A DNA stretch of 20,723 nucleotides from Ferroacidibacillus organovorans. GTDB lineage: Bacteria; Bacillota; Bacilli; Alicyclobacillales; SLC66. The position numbers and the translations under genes were made by a program. Location: NCBI RefSeq assembly GCF_001642725.1, contig NZ_LSUQ01000044.1, positions 1 through 20,723 on the forward strand, written 5' to 3'. The notes below the pieces were generated by a model. It was not told the origin of the DNA and did no database searches. It worked only from the letters and a program-made list of their open reading frames with translations. This document shows, piece after piece, positions 18,071 through 20,723 of the stretch. Every line of letters begins with the position of its first letter. Positions within the stretch are counted from its first letter, which is position 1.

Positions 18071-18808
18071 TCACTCGCCAAAGGGCGTGCCGCTTTGTAC
18101 CGTAGGGGTGTTTTGCGCGGTGCGCGATCGGTGAAGTTGGATCACAAATCCAAGCGTGGCTCCCGTGACGGCACCGAGTACGATGCCAAAGCTCCCTATG
18201 TGAAAAAGGGTTGCGAGAATCGCCAGCGCCGCCCCGCACAGGGCTGCACTAAAATGTGCGAACGTGCGTTTGCCGAGAAACACCAGTGCTAGAAACAGTG
18301 CGGGAAGCGCGAAGCTCAGTGCCGCAGAGAGTTGCGCGGGAACGATGCCGCCGATCCCCGCTCCCGCCACCGTTCCCAAGAGCCATGAAAGGTAGCAGGC
18401 ACCGGCAAACGGAAGCTGGTAGATGGGTACAGCTGGATTCTGCAGAATGCGGCTGCTTGCCACCGCAAACACTTCGTCGGTCATGCCAAACGCGAATGCC
18501 CACTTGCGCCTTTCTTTCCATGATGAAAAAGCGGGTCCAAGGGTCGTTCCGTATAGCACATGACGCAGGTTAACAAGCAGCGTTGTGAGGATCGTGGCGA
18601 CAAAGGATTCACCCGTCGCGATGAAACTGACCAGCATGAACTGCGCGCCGCCTGCATACACGAGTGCGGAGATCAAAAACACCTCGAGAAACGACAGGCC
18701 GCTTCCTGTCGCGATGACTCCGAAGGTGACGGCGATTGGGAAGTAGGCAAAAAGGATCGGCGACGCGTCTTTGAGCGCACGTTTCGCCACATTCAGATTC
18801 GTGTCCAT
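18071..18808 (-). CDS. azlC: AzlC family branched-chain amino acid exporter, large subunit
   Basis: Motifs YAGGAQF, VNLRH.LYG, FGMTDEVFA and FALPALF. ATG 18808 follows AAAGGAG. Confidence 0.92.
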   Translation of the reverse strand: MDTNLNVAKRALKDASPILFAYFPIAVTFGVIATGSGLSFLEVFLISALVYAGGAQFMLVSFIATGESFVATILTTLLVNLRHVLYGTTLGPAFSSWKERRKWAFAFGMTDEVFAVASSRILQNPAVPIYQLPFAGACYLSWLLGTVAGAGIGGIVPAQLSAALSFALPALFLALVFLGKRTFAHFSAALCGAALAILATLFHIGSFGIVLGAVTGATLGFVIQLHRSRTAQNTPTVQSGTPFGE

Positions 18809-18822
18809 GGGTTGTGTCTCCT

Positions 18823-19140
18823 TTACACGAAGTAGCGGATAACCGCAAAACAGACGACGCCTGTCGCGACGGTGAGGAGCAAATGGCGCGTGTACCACGC
18901 CACCACACACGTGGGGAGAGCGGCGAGCAGATCAGCGCTGTGGGAAAGCGAGATGACCCGGTTGTTTTGCATCAGGATCATCGGACCGAGCAGCGCGCCG
19001 AGCACGGCTGGCGTGACAAAAGAGAGCCATGTGCGTACGCCTTCTGGCCACGCGATGCGGCTGCCAAGGCTGAGCGAGCCGGAGCGAAAGAGGTATGTGC
19101 CGATGCCGATGAGCACCGTTTCGAGCAAGACGGGGGACAT
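18823..19140 (-). CDS. azlD: AzlD family small membrane subunit
   Basis: 105-aa hydrophobic protein with GTYLFR, L.FV.PAVL.AL and TR.LL.TV..G, adjacent to azlC. Confidence 0.88.
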   Translation of the reverse strand: MSPVLLETVLIGIGTYLFRSGSLSLGSRIAWPEGVRTWLSFVTPAVLGALLGPMILMQNNRVISLSHSADLLAALPTCVVAWYTRHLLLTVATGVVCFAVIRYFV

Positions 19141-19167
19141 GGGAATTCATCCTCTGGCGGCAATTTT

Positions 19168-19203
19168 ATATATTATAACATATATTTGAGTGTTATAATA
19201 TAT
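19168..19203. promoter_or_regulatory. Perfect 13-bp inverted repeat containing two outward-facing extended -10 elements (divergent promoter/operator)
   Basis: ATATATTATAACA (19168-19180), 10 nt, then TGTTATAATATAT (19191-19203). Each arm reads TGTTATAAT (TGnTATAAT) toward its own gene. Confidence 0.78.
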
Positions 19204-19219
19204 GCGTGAGGTGATGAGC

Positions 19220-19783
19220 TTGAATCCTGAACAGTTGACCGAGCAGATTGGCCACCGCTTGCGGATGCTGCGAAAAGAGCGCGGCTTTACGCTTGAGCAA
19301 TTGGCAGAGAAGACGGGCGTCAGCAAACCGATGCTGGGACAGATTGAGCGCGGAGAATCCAATCCGACGGTTGTAACACTTTGGAAGATTGCGAGTGGTC
19401 TGCACGTGCCTTTTTCTGCTTTCCTGGATGCGCCAGGCGGGCGCGCGACGGTTGTGCGTAAGCGTGAACAGGCGATTGTGACGGATGAGGATGGTCGCTA
19501 TATCGTTCAGAGCTTGTTGGCTGATCGTCGCGCTGTTTCGACAGATCTTTATCAGATCACGCTGTTGCCGGGTTGCGCGCATCACGCCGAGGCGCATGGC
19601 GCCCACGTGACGGAAGGCATCTGGGTTCAGTCGGGCTCTCTTACCCTTTTGCTCGGCGAAGAAACGCATGTCCTCCAGGAAGGAGACGCCCTGTCGTTTC
19701 AGGCTGAATGCGATCACACATACGCAAATGCTGGGAACGAAGCGTGTGTGTACATCGTGCTGTTAACCTATCTGCCATCGTGA
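19220..19783 (+). CDS. XRE-family HTH regulator with C-terminal cupin domain (SutR/PuuR-like)
   Basis: LR.LRKERG.TLEQLA..TGVSK.ML.QIERGESNPT..TLWKIA, followed by a cupin H...E....G.L...L..GD...F...H.Y.N. TTG 19220 follows GAGGTG; ATG 19202 and 19214 are alternatives. Confidence 0.93.
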   Translation: MNPEQLTEQIGHRLRMLRKERGFTLEQLAEKTGVSKPMLGQIERGESNPTVVTLWKIASGLHVPFSAFLDAPGGRATVVRKREQAIVTDEDGRYIVQSLLADRRAVSTDLYQITLLPGCAHHAEAHGAHVTEGIWVQSGSLTLLLGEETHVLQEGDALSFQAECDHTYANAGNEACVYIVLLTYLPS

Positions 19784-19804
19784 GGTTTGGAAGGGGTGTG
19801 CCGC

Positions 19805-20428
19805 ATGCTGCTCGCGGTTTTGCATGGAGCAATGCTTTCTATCGCGCTGATTCTGCCGATCGGGATGCAAAATGGTTTTCTACTGAGCCAAGGGGCGCTG
19901 CAAAAACGGTGGGTTGGCGCGCTTCCGGCACTGATTACGGCGGGGATCTGCGATACGCTTCTCGTGGGTTTGGCTGTTTTTGGCGTGTCGGCGGTGGCAC
20001 TTCACATCGTGTGGCTGCGCGATGCGTTCGGCGCTGTGGGCGTCCTTTTCTTGCTGTACATGGGGTGGGGGACATGGCGCGATCGGACGAAGGTTCATCC
20101 GGATCAATCGGCATCCGCCTGGCCTCCTGGCAGGCAGATCAAATTCGCCGCCTCCGTATCGCTTTTGAACCCGCACGCCTTGATCGATACGCTCGCAGTC
20201 ATCGGCGGGAGCGCCTTGATGTACACATCGAGGGGTGATCGCTTGGCGTTTGGCGTAGCGTGCGCCGCCGTTTCGTGGTTCTGGTTTCTGGTTTTGGTCA
20301 CCGTCGGGCATGTCGCTGGGCGCGCGGCGGTCAGGCGCTCGTCGCTCGGGACGATCAACGCCATCTCTGCGATCATGATGTGGGCGTCGGCCGTCTACCT
20401 CAGTTACGTCATTCTCACCTTTCACTAA
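19805..20428 (+). CDS. LysE/ArgO family amino acid exporter
   Basis: Motifs LILPIGMQNGF...QG, CD..L...V.G, SLLNPHA.IDT..VIG and S..WF. Confidence 0.92.
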   Translation: MLLAVLHGAMLSIALILPIGMQNGFLLSQGALQKRWVGALPALITAGICDTLLVGLAVFGVSAVALHIVWLRDAFGAVGVLFLLYMGWGTWRDRTKVHPDQSASAWPPGRQIKFAASVSLLNPHALIDTLAVIGGSALMYTSRGDRLAFGVACAAVSWFWFLVLVTVGHVAGRAAVRRSSLGTINAISAIMMWASAVYLSYVILTFH

Positions 20429-20723
20429 CTCCCTTTCATACTGTTAAACGCGGCGCGCAGCCGCAAAATGCCATCCTCAATCTCCTCTTCGCGCGAACTC
20501 GCAAATGTCAGCCGCACGGAGCCTGGATCTGCGCCGTACGCGCGACCGGGCGTGATGACCACACCGCTTTCGATCGCTACATCTAGCAGTTTTCGATCAT
20601 CCACATCGACGTTCCATCTTCCCCACACGTGATAGCCACCAGTTGGCAGTGTGAATGCCAACCGATCGTCGAAGTACGCCTTTAGTGCGCTGGCCATGTG
20701 ATCGCGCCGCCGCAAAAGTGCAG
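20425..20723 (-). CDS. PLP-dependent class I aminotransferase-like protein (probably a MocR/GabR regulator), C-terminal part; 5' end lies outside the window
   Basis: RRD.M...L, P.GG...W, GV...PG..Y and VRLTF....EEI..GI.RL. The frame is open to the window edge. Confidence 0.82.
   Translation of the reverse strand, partial: ALLRRRDHMASALKAYFDDRLAFTLPTGGYHVWGRWNVDVDDRKLLDVAIESGVVITPGRAYGADPGSVRLTFASSREEEIEDGILRLRAAFNSMKGS

Overview
This is a GC-rich Bacillota-type chromosomal window with GGAGG/AAGGAG ribosome-binding sites and a cre-like site; an Alicyclobacillaceae-like origin is only a guess. It has four blocks. (1) 1-3062: the end of a heme-copper oxidase assembly cluster (P1B Cu-ATPase C-terminus, ctaG, ctaA, ctaB). 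(2) 3095-12571: a DeoR regulator divergent from a non-PTS amino-sugar catabolic operon (APC permease, ROK kinase, SIS isomerase/deaminase, nagB, class II aldolase, PfkB/LacC kinase, CE7 esterase, Gfo/Idh/MocA oxidoreductase, MntP-family membrane protein). (3) 12634-18061: accessory enzymes (PRTase-HAD fusion, HAD, Gfo/Idh/MocA, frameshifted Nudix, two GNATs, YbaK). (4) 18071-20723: an amino-acid export block (azlC, azlD, XRE-cupin regulator, LysE/ArgO, partial PLP-dependent MocR-type gene). The most striking observation is in ctaA. It begins at ATG 1142 and has an in-frame TGA (1235-1237) exactly where the first Cys of the conserved C-P-D-W-P-L-C motif belongs. A perfect 9-bp stem-loop starts 15 nt later. 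This makes it a candidate selenocysteine/recoded heme A synthase, but a nonsense mutation or sequencing error cannot be excluded. No RNA genes, CRISPR arrays or transposases were seen.
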